From Takakia lepidozioides (lineage: Eukaryota > Plantae > Bryophyta): a DNA stretch of 64,000 nt. The translations under genes and the position numbers were made by a program. Shown one piece after another: positions 49,255-61,939 of this stretch (position 1 is its first letter; each line of letters begins with the position of its first letter). Below the pieces are notes generated by a model. The model worked only from the letters and a program-made list of their open reading frames with translations. It ran no database searches and was not told the origin of the DNA. The stretch spans positions 2,356,001-2,420,000 of the forward strand of contig CM060734.1 in assembly GCA_030704615.1 (NCBI GenBank), read 5' to 3'.

Positions 49255-51200
49255 AATGTCGAAGCGTTGGTGACGTCGACCTGGAGAACCACCCAATCCG
49301 GATGAAGATCAAGAGCTGCACGAATCCCCTGAACCACCGCCTCGCAACCTCCTAGAGTGGCGACCCCGAACTGGTGAGGAAAGAGGTATCCGGAGAAGGC
49401 ATCTAGAAACTGAAAACAAAGTGAGCGGCTGACAAGGCGGTAAAGAACCTCTCCAACTGCGATAGGGTTGTCCAGTACCTGAGGGTTTGCTCATAGCCAA
49501 CAATCTGGAGGCCCCAAGGAGACGGGCCACTGGGGCAGGGGTACGGCCAGCAGCAATAAAGGAGCAAATCTGAAATAGCTGAGAGAAGCCACTAGCAGAG
49601 TCCTGTGGAGATAAATAGTCGCGTAAGTGCTCATACAGGAGACCGGAAGGACCTACCGCTGCAAGATGGGGACTACGCGTGAAGGCTTGAGTGAAGACCT
49701 CCCGATCTAGATTGAGATCCTGGTCTGGCTCGAAGTCCTCGACAAAAAGCGGCAGAATATCCTGAGCTGATGGATGAAGGGCTTCGAGGGCAATGACAAT
49801 ATCCGCTGATGGAGGCGCTGGTGTGGAAGGTGAAGTTGCCTGTGGGCCGATGAGGGTGGCTGCGTGGAGGAAGCGGGAGGGGCGCGTGCCGCGAGGGCTA
49901 GTGCCCGTAATTGATGCTCATCTTGCAGATTCTCCCAATCTCCAGATAAAAAACGGCGAAGACGGATGCACGTCTCTTTGTGCCCTGACTGACCGCCACG
50001 AGGGGGAAAAACCAAACACCACCGAGGAAATAACAAGAAAAGATACCATGCTGGTATATCAGCAGGATCACGAGCCAACCTGTCTAAGGGCAGACGGAGT
50101 GCCAGTTGGACCTCATGACGCAGTGCCACCGGAATTCTTGTATAAAGACAAAGCCTTGGCAGTCCTAGCTGAAATGCGCCCAGTACATCTAGAGCTGAAA
50201 GCCAATGCCATGCAGAGGCAGGAGGTGGCGCGTGCAAGACACTGGGCTGAAATGGAGAAGTACCATTTGTGTGGGACTGATGAAGAGCCGCACACGTACG
50301 CTGGTGTCGCGCAAGCCCTCTGATGCGCGCAAAAAGACGACCGCAAGCTGGGCATGGGGTACGATCTGATGGGATAGGCGATTGCTGTTGGGGTAAGAGT
50401 GATGGGGTCGGCAATGCAGGCTGCACAACTGGAGAAGAAGGCACGTGGAGAGGCTCATGACCAAGAGGAGTTGGGCTGCCTTGAAGCCGCTGCCGAGAAT
50501 GGGATGGAGAACTTGGAGGAGAAGTGACTGACGTGGGACCTCGAACCCTACCTGAGAGGCGCAGTGGGGGAGGGCTCAACAGACACTATGGAAGTTCTTC
50601 GGTCGGTGGGGCGCCAATGGAAGAACCTGGAATCAGCGGTGGAGAAGACCGTTGTGAAGAGGACGACTCTTCTTGAACTTGGTGTCTGGAGCTTGGACTC
50701 TGGTGCGCATCAGGAACATGTGATCTAGGGGTAGGGGTACGTTGGCCTTGGGGTCTTCCAAGAGGAGTAGGTCTTCCAGCAGGAGCAGTTGCGGCTGTGT
50801 TCAGCACCTCTCGTTGCTCTCGGGAGCGAACTGACAGGGATGGTGGAGTAGGCAGTAAAGGGGTTGTGGTGAGGGCTGGAGCTGGCTGCCTGTACGGCGT
50901 CGGGGCTGAACGAGCTAGGGGACGAGCCGATCGAGGCCGCCTGACCGGCGTGGGGCCCTTTGTTGCACAGCGTCCGCTTGCTCGCTTTGCATTGCTACCG
51001 CTGTCGCTACTGCCAACACCTCCACTAACTTGGCGGCGTTGCAGGCCTTGCCGAGGCTTGGCGGCGACGTCGCTCATCGTACTTTTTCCAGAACTCGTTA
51101 CTAGGCCAGGTAAGCTAGGTCCAAAGCTCATGAATGGGGCTGACATATAGAAGTGCAAAGAGCTATGGAAAAAGTTGCATTGTAGCCCGGGAGGGTCCCT
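49255..51200 (-). mobile_element. CRE-clade-like non-LTR retrotransposon: 5' part with C2H2 finger and N-terminal RT, 3'-truncated
   Basis: CPACGRLFARIRGLARHQRTC; LEALHP; GPSGLLYEHL; LLAMSKP..PIAVGEV; QFGVATLGGCEAVV..LQVDVTNAF. Confidence 0.8.
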
Positions 51201-52613
51201 CCACTTTCTCTAAATTTAATAAACGCTCAGAATCCTCACTCTGTTTGATTGTAGCTCGATCACGATACCTTCATTCGGCTAAGGTAGTTTCTAAATAGGT
51301 TGTTAACGGGACAGGTCTACTTTAAAAACGGTATTAACGGGGAACGGTATTAACGGGGAAGGTACATCAGGAGAAAAGCACCTTTGCGTGGTCTCTCCCT
51401 TAAGGGAGGAGCCAATAAATATGTCGATCAAGCTGCCCACTCCCAGTGCGTCAACCGCACCGCGGGGTCGACCATCCTCGCCCGCGGTCGCGGCTCCCCA
51501 CGGCCCCCCCTCCCGCGATGGCACAAGGTTAACTTTCATGTTTTACCAGAAAAGTGACCCCCTACCAGGAAAATGGCTGTAATCTCTTATGTTTTTATAT
51601 TTGGAATTTTGACTGGTATTGTGATCATGATACTCTTTCTCATACCAGTATCTAGAACAAAGTACATCCACCATTATATAGACGAGACTGGTATGAAAGT
51701 TGTGTGCTACGTCTAAGTACCAAGACCAGACTGGTATGTAAAAAACTTGATACCAGTCCAACACTGGTCGGTACTATATAGAAATGATTTACCCTTCATG
51801 CAGATAAACGTAAGTATAAATCAGAATATTAATCCATATGAAGGATAAGGGCAAGTAAAAAGGGCCGAAATCTTTTTACCCTCACCCTGATTTATCCTCC
51901 AGGTAAATGGTTCAACTTCACAACACTGGAAAATATGGCCAGTGGTGACAGGCAATATTGTAAAGCACCCTATAGGGGTGCTGAAAATTGGTACACCGGT
52001 GCTATCTGTGACATCATGAGACTTAATACTGGAGACTACAGTTCGCTAGGCGAATCCTTGCAACATTGTTCTCAAAGTCACATTCTTCAGCTGCGCATCA
52101 TTTCATACTCAGCCAAACCTCAAAAGTTCAATTAAGGTAAAGCATGGCATCTGGGAGAGGTGTTTTGAAAATTTAGACTCTGCAAGTATAGGTTCACGAT
52201 CCCAATCTTTACATTAGAATTTCACATCACAAGGGACTCACTGTTCACTTCTACAATCTCCTTAGTCAAGGAAAGCAAATGAGACCTCACAACCTAGCAT
52301 GCTTAACTAGGGGTGCTTAGGTCTGTCCTTTAGAGCACAAATACACTACTGAAGCATCTGAACCAGACAATCCCTTCTCAAAACAGGCCAATCAAGCAAC
52401 CTTAATCTACTCAACCCAACTTCCTGAAGGGTGTGTATAACAAATTTGAATCGTCACAAAGTCATGCTAGTTGCATCTCAATGCCTTACATTGAATATGC
52501 TGCATGACAATCATCCCCAGGACAATCATCCCCAGATTGCACTAAAACACGTGCTGGCTTACTTTATGGACAGGATACATATGGTCTGGCAACTGCAACA
52601 AGAAAGCCTGCAG

Positions 52614-55600
52614 CTAGTCATCTTTAATGTTTTGGGGCTCACTCAGCACAAACTTTGGCAGATCATACTTTGCACCTGTCAATCACATGAACCAGGTGTA
52701 ACTCAGAAGATGATATAGGGACATTTAAAGCATTTGCCAGAATGAAATATATTTTTGGGATGGACTAGAAACAGGGAGGGCAGGAAAAAATCACTTCTGC
52801 ATGCCGCAAAAAGGGGCTTAGAAGGACAATTCATAAATCAGAGACTGAACCACTAATTTCAAGGGGAAGAAGGAACCTCTTTCATCATAGCAGGTGGACA
52901 AGTCTTCTGATGTGACAATCACGCCAGCACTATCTACAATCAGCTGTGCCAGACTGATTTCAGCTTCTGCGGCTGCTCGAAGGGCGTCCCAAATCTCTGT
53001 CCAGCCAAAAAGGGGTACCATTATGTTCACCAGGTGTGCAATCTTTATCTTGAAAACATACATCAGCCATAGGTAACAATAAGGACAAGAGGGCAACAAA
53101 GGCCGAGTTTTACGGTTGAAAGCTGAGACTCACCTTTCTGGCCACCATAATGAGGAGCAGTGTCCCAAAATTCATCACGCATCTGCTTCAATTGTGCATG
53201 AGTGACGGACTCCGGATGCTTCCATGGCTTTGGCTTCTTCACCTTCTTTTGATGCCCTGCTACCCCACAGCCATATTTCCATCAGTTATCTTCTCACTTT
53301 CATTTCCTGCACTTCATTTTAGGGTTTCTGCCAGTCCAGAGCAAATATGTATGTATGTTCACACGCATATACCTGCAAATCAACCTACATATAGTCAGCC
53401 AATCTAAACACTGCTCAGATTGATTCCACTTCCATTTGGGACCCATGGTCCGATAGTGCAGAGCATTGTACATCTCTGCAACCATGACTAGCATTTGATA
53501 ATAACTTCAGGCTTCAGCTGGACAGATATGCACTTGAGGGGGTTATAGAAGCAAGTATGTGCAAGTGGAGACACAATTCCGCCCTTGAGACAGTGGTGCT
53601 ATGGGATCTCCTTCCTGATTGGAGTATGGACCTTTCAACTGTCAATTGGAAAAATGAACATCATAAAATGCTAACAAGATACAGCTGCTCAATATAAACT
53701 ATGGGGCTGATGCATAGGGACAATATGGACATTCTGCCTCCACAACTTGCCATCTAGGTGTTCTACATAAATGATATTGCAGCACAGCAACAGTAGCTAT
53801 AGATAACCAGTTCACTTCATTATAATTAAACACCAACACTGGCGATGTGACTGTTGCAAGTCAAGCAGTACCATCCCTGAAGGGCCCAGGGCTGTTCCCT
53901 CTAGACTGTGCAAGTGACCCTCACTGGAACATCCTAGGCAATGGTGTGATTTTCAGGCTGCTGCCATGTCCTTGTGAGCTTTAGATTGAGGTGGGCGATG
54001 ACCACAGTTGCAATCGCAACTTGGCTTGATCAAAATCTCTAGCGATGGAAAATGTTGGCCAACTAAGAAACCTCCCGTTTCTTACTCAAAAATTTGACGA
54101 CAGAAAACAAAATTCCACTTGATCAGCTTTGTCGTACAAAGCAAAGAACCAACACCAGCTTTTGATGGTTTTCAAGCACAGCAGGGTAGAGGAAAGACTG
54201 ATATAAATGTCTAGCTGAGTATAAGAGTCAGTAGCTGTGAGGGTTATGCAGGTTGCCTTATGGTGATCAATGACAAGACGTTTTCTCACAATCCCCACAA
54301 GTTCCCCAACTCAAGAGACAGAAGTTCCCCACATTTCCCAGGAGCTTTGTGTCTCAAGAAAAGAGGTAACTGCAAATCAGAGTAACAAACAACATCAAAC
54401 AATTGATAAAGTAACTGTCCTAGAGATAGAGGTGAAGTCAGCGTGTATGCTCTACCTTAAGACAAAGTGTGTTGATCTCAGTGATTCCCTATAGCTGTTG
54501 CTGTCAGATACCTTCACATGGTCTCAAGGTCCTACACTATTTAGGCAATGCGAATGCACATATTCTTTTGTTTTAATACTGGTAAACTTACAGCAGCCGC
54601 CTGATATGAGAGGATTTAGCATAATCACCCTCAAATCCACACAAAAAGTGGGCATTGAGAACGAGAACCCAGGCCATAATCTCCCTCTTTGCCTTCATCC
54701 TTCACAAAGTTGATGATCACTCAAGGGGAATAGAGCAGGGAAGGTGGGAAAGAATTGGCAAACTGTGAAAAGTGGAGATCCATGTGGAACGGTGGATTGT
54801 TATCAGTCAGATGATGGCTGACGACTTTGCAAGGTAGAACATCTATGGAACCTGTTGAGAGGGAGCTAGCCAACCTATTGTATTGATGTGAAATTGAGAA
54901 GACAAGGTGTGCTAGTCTGTTTGTACTTACATGAATGTACGTGCGTTCGGAAGGTTTCTTGAAGGGTGAACAGGCCTGTATAGAATTCGGCCATGCCAAC
55001 ATGCCGCCCATGAGACCTTCATAATGACCTCCCCTAGTCCCTCTTTCACTTATTCTCCCACATTGTTCTACCTATTGCTAACTCCATCACTCCCTTCAAG
55101 TCTTTTCCCCAGCCACTTTCTCCTATGACCAATCTCTGCATCTATACCGAAAGCTGATGACCAAAGCTCATGTACATGTAGGTGAACTTGAACACATGCA
55201 CATTATGCTGATAGAATTCCACTTCAGTTATTCATGCTTCTGTTGTTTTCCATCCAATGCAATTTTATGGTGCTCACACCAACTCAGCTAGACAAAAAAG
55301 ATGGAGGATGAAGGGGCTACAGAGAAAGAGGGAAAAACGTTGAGGGGGGGGTAGGCTCTGTTTATCATAAACCCCACCCTCAGTTCAAGGTACAACAATG
55401 TTGAAAAGAAGGGATCCAGAAGAGTCGTTCACAACATTGAGAAGTACAAGGGGCGGCACAAAGGCTCACTCCATGAAAAACTAATCACCCTATTCTCGAT
55501 ACTTTGGTTGTCAAGACCGACTCTTTCAACCGACATCCATCCATTCTTATCTCAATAAGATCATCGTCTTACAGTAACCAATACTCGACCTAATATTAAG

Positions 55601-57513
55601 TTCCTGCAATTAGGGCTCCTAGTAAAAGCAGAAAAACTTGTCGTCGAATTTCAGACCAAAAGACTTACTCAATTCTCGACAACAAATCATCTCCTCCAGC
55701 AAAGATATCTTGCCCAATGCATCCACCAGAAGGGGGTTTAAGCTATGCCTAGCAGTGAGTTTATTTAAAGATAAATAACAGTGTATAGTTCACATCAGAA
55801 GTCTGAGGCGAGAAGATCTTTCTGAAGTATCTCGACCAGCACTGCAGAAGGAAAGCAGAACATCATCCAAAAATAATGTCTACAGATTGGAACATTTCAG
55901 AGTGTTCCAGCACAATGAAATACCTTTGCAGAGAACTACAGGTGAGGAGTGATAACCAGAATGCTAGGGTACCCATTCCCCTCTCCAGCTGAACAGTAAA
56001 GATAGGTAATCTATTAAGCAGGTAAAAATTCTTCGTGACACTAACCCATTTTAACTTGATAGTCTTCCAAACTATGAGCTCCACAAACTGCAGTTCAGCA
56101 AATTCTAAGTGTACGTACGCAAACAGGTAGATATCCACAAGATTCCTATGAATAACACATTCACGATTTTGTGGGAAGTACTTGCATTAAGAGAAGAGTG
56201 AGCACAGATTGATTCATCCCTTACCTCATCCAAGCATAGAGACTCTTGGATTCAAATGTGACTAACACTTTAACGACAGAAAATGAAACTTAAGCCTGCG
56301 CGCATGACTGATATAAATTGTTAAGAACCTAGGGCAGAAGATGTAATCTGGTTGGCACCTTAAATCACATACCCATCACATTCCCAAAGATGGGCCATGG
56401 CAAAATAGAGGTAGAGGGAGCAAAAACAAGGGACCACATCTAACTCTTCACTTTTTCTAGATCCCAAAAACGCCAAATTGCAAATCAGAAGCTGAAGCAC
56501 ACCTTGCAACCCCCTGCCAAAATGGCTGGTGCATCAAATAGATTACATCAAATCTTAGCCCTCACCCTTGCACTTTGAAACTTTACAGTGTACATACTAC
56601 TAGCCCATAAGGCCATCATACGTCTATGAAAGAAAAGGGTGGACTCTTGAAGAAGCAGGTGTGAATTATGGTATTCTCTTCACCCCAAAGGACTACTGTC
56701 TTCTGGACGAGTTCTAACAGGCGTATCCAGGCAAAATGGTTGCCCAAACCCACGTCTATGAGAATATGTTAAAACGGATGTCAGTAAGGTGGCTCAGATA
56801 GAACAGATATACTCCCCAGACAAGTTTTTATTCCTAAAGTCACATAACTAAGCCCCTTACATCCCGGGTAGCCTTTATGATCAGGTAGTCAGGCTCCAAT
56901 TCCCGGAACAGAAGTCGTACACTAGATAGCTTTGATCACTGAGCATTGAGAACTAAACCTCGGTGACATTCAAAGCCATGATTGCAAGGAGGAAATCCAG
57001 GTTTACTGTGCAGAACATCTGAGCTTCACATTCCTTCACAGATGACTACATTATGTGAATGCAAATTCTAAGTACTTCAAAGGCCTTCTCAAATCTCCGG
57101 TTTCATACAGAATGAATATGGCTAGAACAACTGAATGATTAGGTTTTCACTGTCCAGAGAACCGGAACATATTGTGGGGGGGCGGACATGGTACCAGGGC
57201 TTGCCGTAATGCCATGGCCACAGAGCCCTAAGGCAGTAAGGGCAGAGGTACAGGCAAACTATAGGAATTGAGGTCCGGGACGCTTCTTCTCCCAGTCCCA
57301 AAAGCTAAATCACGCAGTAATGCTACACGTACGACGGATTAGAACTCCACAGAGCTACACCACCACCCGCCACCGTCTTGTCAGGAACCCCACGTGTGAC
57401 AAAAGTCTCACCGTACACCCTCGAATTCTGAATACCGTGCAGCGCATCAAAGAGCAATACGAGAGAGAACATTTACCATCAACACCCTTGGCCGACGATC
57501 CAACACACCCCAT
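52614..57513 (-). CDS. Ubiquitin-binding DC-UbP/UBTD-like small protein, 4 exons
   Basis: Exons 57513-57477 (MGCVGSS), 53256-53134 (KPKPWKH...QMRDEFWDTAPHYGGQK), 52996-52877 (EIWDALRAA...TCYDER), 52675-52614 (GAKYDLPKFVLSEP..*); GT-AG, phases consistent. Confidence 0.9.
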
Positions 57514-58479
57514 AGTCAAAAGGCCTCACCGGCCGCTGATTTTACATGGCGCGCCACAGACTTCACACAGCCCTTGATGCTTCCCTTCCAGTAGTCCCCT
57601 AATAAAAAAATCACTCTCGTGATGCTTTCATGCCATCCGGTTTCCGACAGAGCTCGAGGGATAAAGAGACCCTAGGTGAAGAAATGGGAGAGGGAGGAAC
57701 CGGGTACCTGGTGTTCTTACACTGCACAGACCCAACAGGTAACTCGAGAACCTCCTAAGCAGAGAGAGAGAGATGCACAGAGGGATGAAGAATGAGGGCA
57801 CACCCGATGTCGATTGGAGATCGAAGGCAGATATGGGTACACAGACAAACTGCGGAATCTGAGGAGAGACAAGTCGATAACCCAGAACAGTAAAAGCAAC
57901 AACGAATCCGACTGTGGCTTGATTTCTTTTTCCCAAATGGCGCACCGTGGGCTAAAAGTAACATTGAAGCTGACTTCCAGGCAGGGCTGTCGCTGCGGCT
58001 AACTATGAGGTCCACCCACACTAACGGTTGGTGCACCTCTGGCTGTTTTGGGCTTTGCCATAACTTTGCCCTGCACTCTCAACCATAACCCACCCACAAC
58101 TTGCTCAAGAACCCCACTAGTCAAATTTCAATAGTCTCGATTAATCTCCGAAGAATCTTTACCTCCGGCAAACTTACAATCTTGTGTTCACTCTTAGCTT
58201 ATGACGCAGTTCAGCAGGTAGTCCGGTGGTTGTTTGTTTGTGGGCACCTTGCCTGTGCATAACCTAGGTGTCAGGGTTCAAAGTGTCCACCAGCTTCTAA
58301 CGAAGGCAGTAATTATCCTTCGGGATGAAGAGACACTGTAATTTAGGCTTCATAGGGGGAGGAGTTCTCTTTCTTTCTTAGTTTATGCCCTTCATATGTA
58401 AGCTCCCCCCCTTGTGCCATAGCATGACGTAGTTCTACTTTTAATGTTGCTAATGATAGGGAGGCCATGGATTTGAAGT

Positions 58480-58663
58480 TCAGAAGAGACCTGGATACTT
58501 GGAGCTGATGAGGTGCAAGACGACAACCTTTCTCAACTGCATCCACAATTGCTTTACCTCCCGGGTGTACAGCCCAGTTGATGGACTGGAAGTTGAGGTC
58601 GGTCCCCTTTAGAAGATCCGTCACAAAATCCTCGGCTCGACTACCCACTAGCTGGGGAACATT
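58480..58663 (-). pseudogene. Type III polyketide synthase (chalcone synthase-like) C-terminal fragment
   Basis: VPQLVG...WAVHPGGKAIVDAVE...LQVSR includes the catalytic-His motif HPGG; the following YGNMSS motif is absent. Confidence 0.8.
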
Positions 58664-59096
58664 TGTCGTGCACCTAAGCATCGTGCCACAACATACATCA
58701 CTGTCCACCATACATTCTAAGCACACAATCCTAGAAAGCTATGCCACAATCGCCCCCCTAGCTGGTGATTACGTCCCTCTAACACCAGATAGCTGACAAG
58801 TATCCATCTCAATAAGATCATCATTTGGTCTTCAATCGCACATGTCCCAATTTTTTAAAGTATATGGATCAAGAGGCCGGGTGCAACGAGAGCCCCATCG
58901 TTAATCGCCTACTCGCAATCCATGATCTTCAATTGAGTATCCATGGCGTTGAGCTCCTACAAGCTAGACCTTGGATCACTTGGCAACTCCACCATTGTCA
59001 TGCCCACTACCTATGTTCAAGGCATCGTGGACACAACCATTCTCCACTAGGAACCTCCTCAAGTGGCAGTGTCTAGCATCCCATGTGCCACCCCCT
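58664..59096 (-). mobile_element. 3' end of an LTR retrotransposon: PHD-finger C-terminal half, PPT and short 85-bp LTR
   Basis: RGWHMGC*TLPLEEVPSGEWLCPRC at 59096-59022; PPT AGGGGGGCG at 58759-58751; LTR TGTGG...CGACA at 58748-58664. Confidence 0.75.
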
Positions 59097-61175
59097 CACT
59101 ACAGGAAAAGGGGGGGCCTTTGCGACGCCCGGGCCACGCCGCAGCGTCAAGAAAACGCGCATTTCGGGCACGCGGCAGGTGCCGAATTTGCGACGCCCAG
59201 TCGTCGCCCGGCAGTCGCATGGGCTTCGCCAAAAAGACGTCGCAAAAATGCGACGTATGGGGGTTGCGAGCCCGCCCCAACTCCCGCAACTGCCGGACGT
59301 CGCTTTTCAGGCCGTCCGCGCCGATATCAGGGGTCTCCTTTGAGCGACGTCTCGCCGTCGCGGCCCTCCAGCCGACGGCGTTGGTGGGGGCGACGGCGCG
59401 GCGTGGCATCCCTTTTTTTTTCTAACCTGCCCGGGAGTCCCATCCTAAAACCCAAAAACATGTGGCGTAAGCCGGATGGTACGCCAAGCGACGCCAGTGC
59501 GTTGCTGCAAATGACTATTGGGCGTGGCAAAAAAAAAACAGCAGGAGCAGGAGTCGGGCTCCGCCACGCCCGAGCGTGGGTTTTCGCGACGCTCTGGCGT
59601 CGCTTTTTTTTTATTTAATCCAAAAAATAAAAGACGTGGCGCAGGCAGGGTGGCGGGCTCCGTGACGCCAGGGCATCGCGGCTTGCGACCCCCGGACCAA
59701 AAAAACATGTCGCAGGGGGTGTTGGGCATTGCCGCCTACAAATGGGATTTGCGACGCCCGCCCAAAAAACACGTCGCCAATTGCAACGTCCTGCAGTCGC
59801 GAGGGCAGCCTGGTGGCGGGGGGGGGGGGTTTGGGGGTTGATTTTGGGGGTGAATTGGGGGTGGTTTTTGTTTTTTGTCTGGTTTTGTTTTTGGGGATGG
59901 GAGACCTTACAGCTTCTATTTCTCTGATTTAGCAGGTACACAATTGAGCAAGCATGAATCGAGGGTGAGGACGGTGCGACACATGAATAAGATGGAAAGA
60001 TGGAAAGATGGAAATATATTTACAGGAAATGAGCTGAAAAGCTCACAAGGGTTCAGTAGGCTGACCCTGGGACCTACATGGACTAGGACTAGTCATCCTC
60101 ATCCTCATCCTCAGTGGAGGACTCAGAGCTATCCGATGAGCCTGATGACTCCGCGCTCTTTGCCAGAGCACCTAAATGAGGCGGCGTTCCCCTAAGTCCC
60201 ACAGAACTCTCATCCAATCCCTGGCCATGACCCCCGACCTTATCCATATTAGTGCCCTATAGTGCACTCATCCCCTCCGTGTTGGCCATGTTCTTCATGA
60301 GGGATTGCCAACCATGCTCATTGGCGTAGTTGTACTCTACCGGAGATGGCTTCCTCTCAAACACGCGTTGCTACACATGCCACACAAATTAAAGTTAGTT
60401 CTTCGCGATGATGGAGCCAGAAAGAAGACATAACAAAATCCATAGGGAAGTACGACTTACAAATCGCAAGATAAAACCCTTAGATCCGTCGGCGCCCACT
60501 TGTGTGTGGATTCATGCTTGTCAAGGCGGACTGTTGTTGCTTCGCGTGCCCGGTCAAATTTGGCCTTGTTTGCGGCATCATTCTCTCCCACAATGAGTGC
60601 ATCCCACGATACCTATGCCCCCCCCAACAATTAGTGAATTACACACATACGTTGCATCGAATCCACCTCATTAATGCACATGCGACAAATGGAAGGTGAA
60701 ATGATTCAGGATTTGCCAACCTGTGTAATTCCATAAGGTGGTTTGGGTATGGCCCCCTTTTCCATTGCCCTCCAAATGATCTGTTTGGCAAGATACCTCC
60801 TATCCTTCAAGTTTCGCCCCACCATCTCCATCACCCTTGTGTCACTCCAATTGCCCGGAAACCGGCGGTCTAACTCACGGGCATACGCCCGCTTCGCGCC
60901 AAAGTACTAATCAGCCCACTCGATGTGCAAAGGGAACCACCTCATTGCGAGTTCGAAGGCTGGCTTTTTCATAGCCTCCCAGAACGCACCGCAGGGGTTA
61001 CCATGGCGATTCACCTCCACCGGTGGCACCACGATCTTTACCAACTCCACGTCCTATATCGCCAAGGCCATGTTCTTCTTCCCACCCTCTCCCTTCTTTG
61101 TATCCTCCTTCCCTTGCTCCTTTGTTACCCCACTGCCCTCCCCCGCATGCACACTCACCTCTTCCTCTCCATGGG

Positions 61176-61206
<31 letters not shown>

Positions 61207-61935
61207 TTCCTTCCCCTTCTCCACGACCATCTCCTTCCCCTTCCCCGCTACTCCCTCTCTCTCCTTCTCCCTCTTCCTTCTCTCTCTCTCCCCGGCAGCC
61301 CCTTCATTGATGGTAAAAGGGATCTCGGGAGGTCGAGGCCTCTTCTTTTTACCTTTGGTGTTCGGGTCCTTCATGAACACCACGTGCTCTCCCTCATTGG
61401 CAACCCCACCGGACTGCACCAATGAGGCCAGTCATGTTGCTGCCTCCTGAAGACAAATAACCCCTCCAAATTCAAAAAAAGAAACAAACAACAAAGAAAA
61501 TCATGCATGCAAAGGAAATGATAAAACATGGAACAAGGTGCGACAGTTGTACCTTTGCAAGCTTGTCCGATTCGCCCCCGGTGTCACCCGATGTGGCAGG
61601 AGTCCCCGTTGCCAGATGTGCCCGCATTATCCCCTCTCGGAGCGCCACTGGAAGTAGATTCCAGATGTGGAGCATAGCTGGCGGCGGCGCCCCGTAGTCC
61701 AGGCCCTTCATTGCTGACCGCTCAGGTTCAGGGGGCGGCATCGGTGATCAGCTAGGCCGCTCCAAACCGGCCCATACCTCCTCCTCCCCCCCCCCCCAAA
61801 TGTGTATCAGGGTAGAAGCCCTCACTGGCTTGACTTCTTCGAGGCGCTTCGCTATCTCGGCCACTTCATTGGCCCTCCTCGTCTCCTCCTCCCTCATCGA
61901 CAACATTGGGCTAGCAATGGAGGCTTTCAAAGGCC
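59097..61935. mobile_element. Third CACTA element (one terminus plus ORF2 homolog on the minus strand)
   Basis: CACTACAGGAAAAGGGGGGG at 59097; GCGACG subterminal repeats to about 59810; AFWEAMKKPAFELAMRWFPLHIEW...GRNLKDRRY homologous to 16234-16530. Confidence 0.85.
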
Positions 61936-61939
61936 CTTG

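Noticed and set aside
51300-51780. Short repeats (GTATTAACGGGGAA; GACTGGTAT) suggesting a MITE
   Set aside because: Could not define matching TIRs or a TSD
55545-55566. ATCTCAATAAGATCATC shared with 58806-58822
   Set aside because: Probably a remnant of a related LTR element, but too short to call
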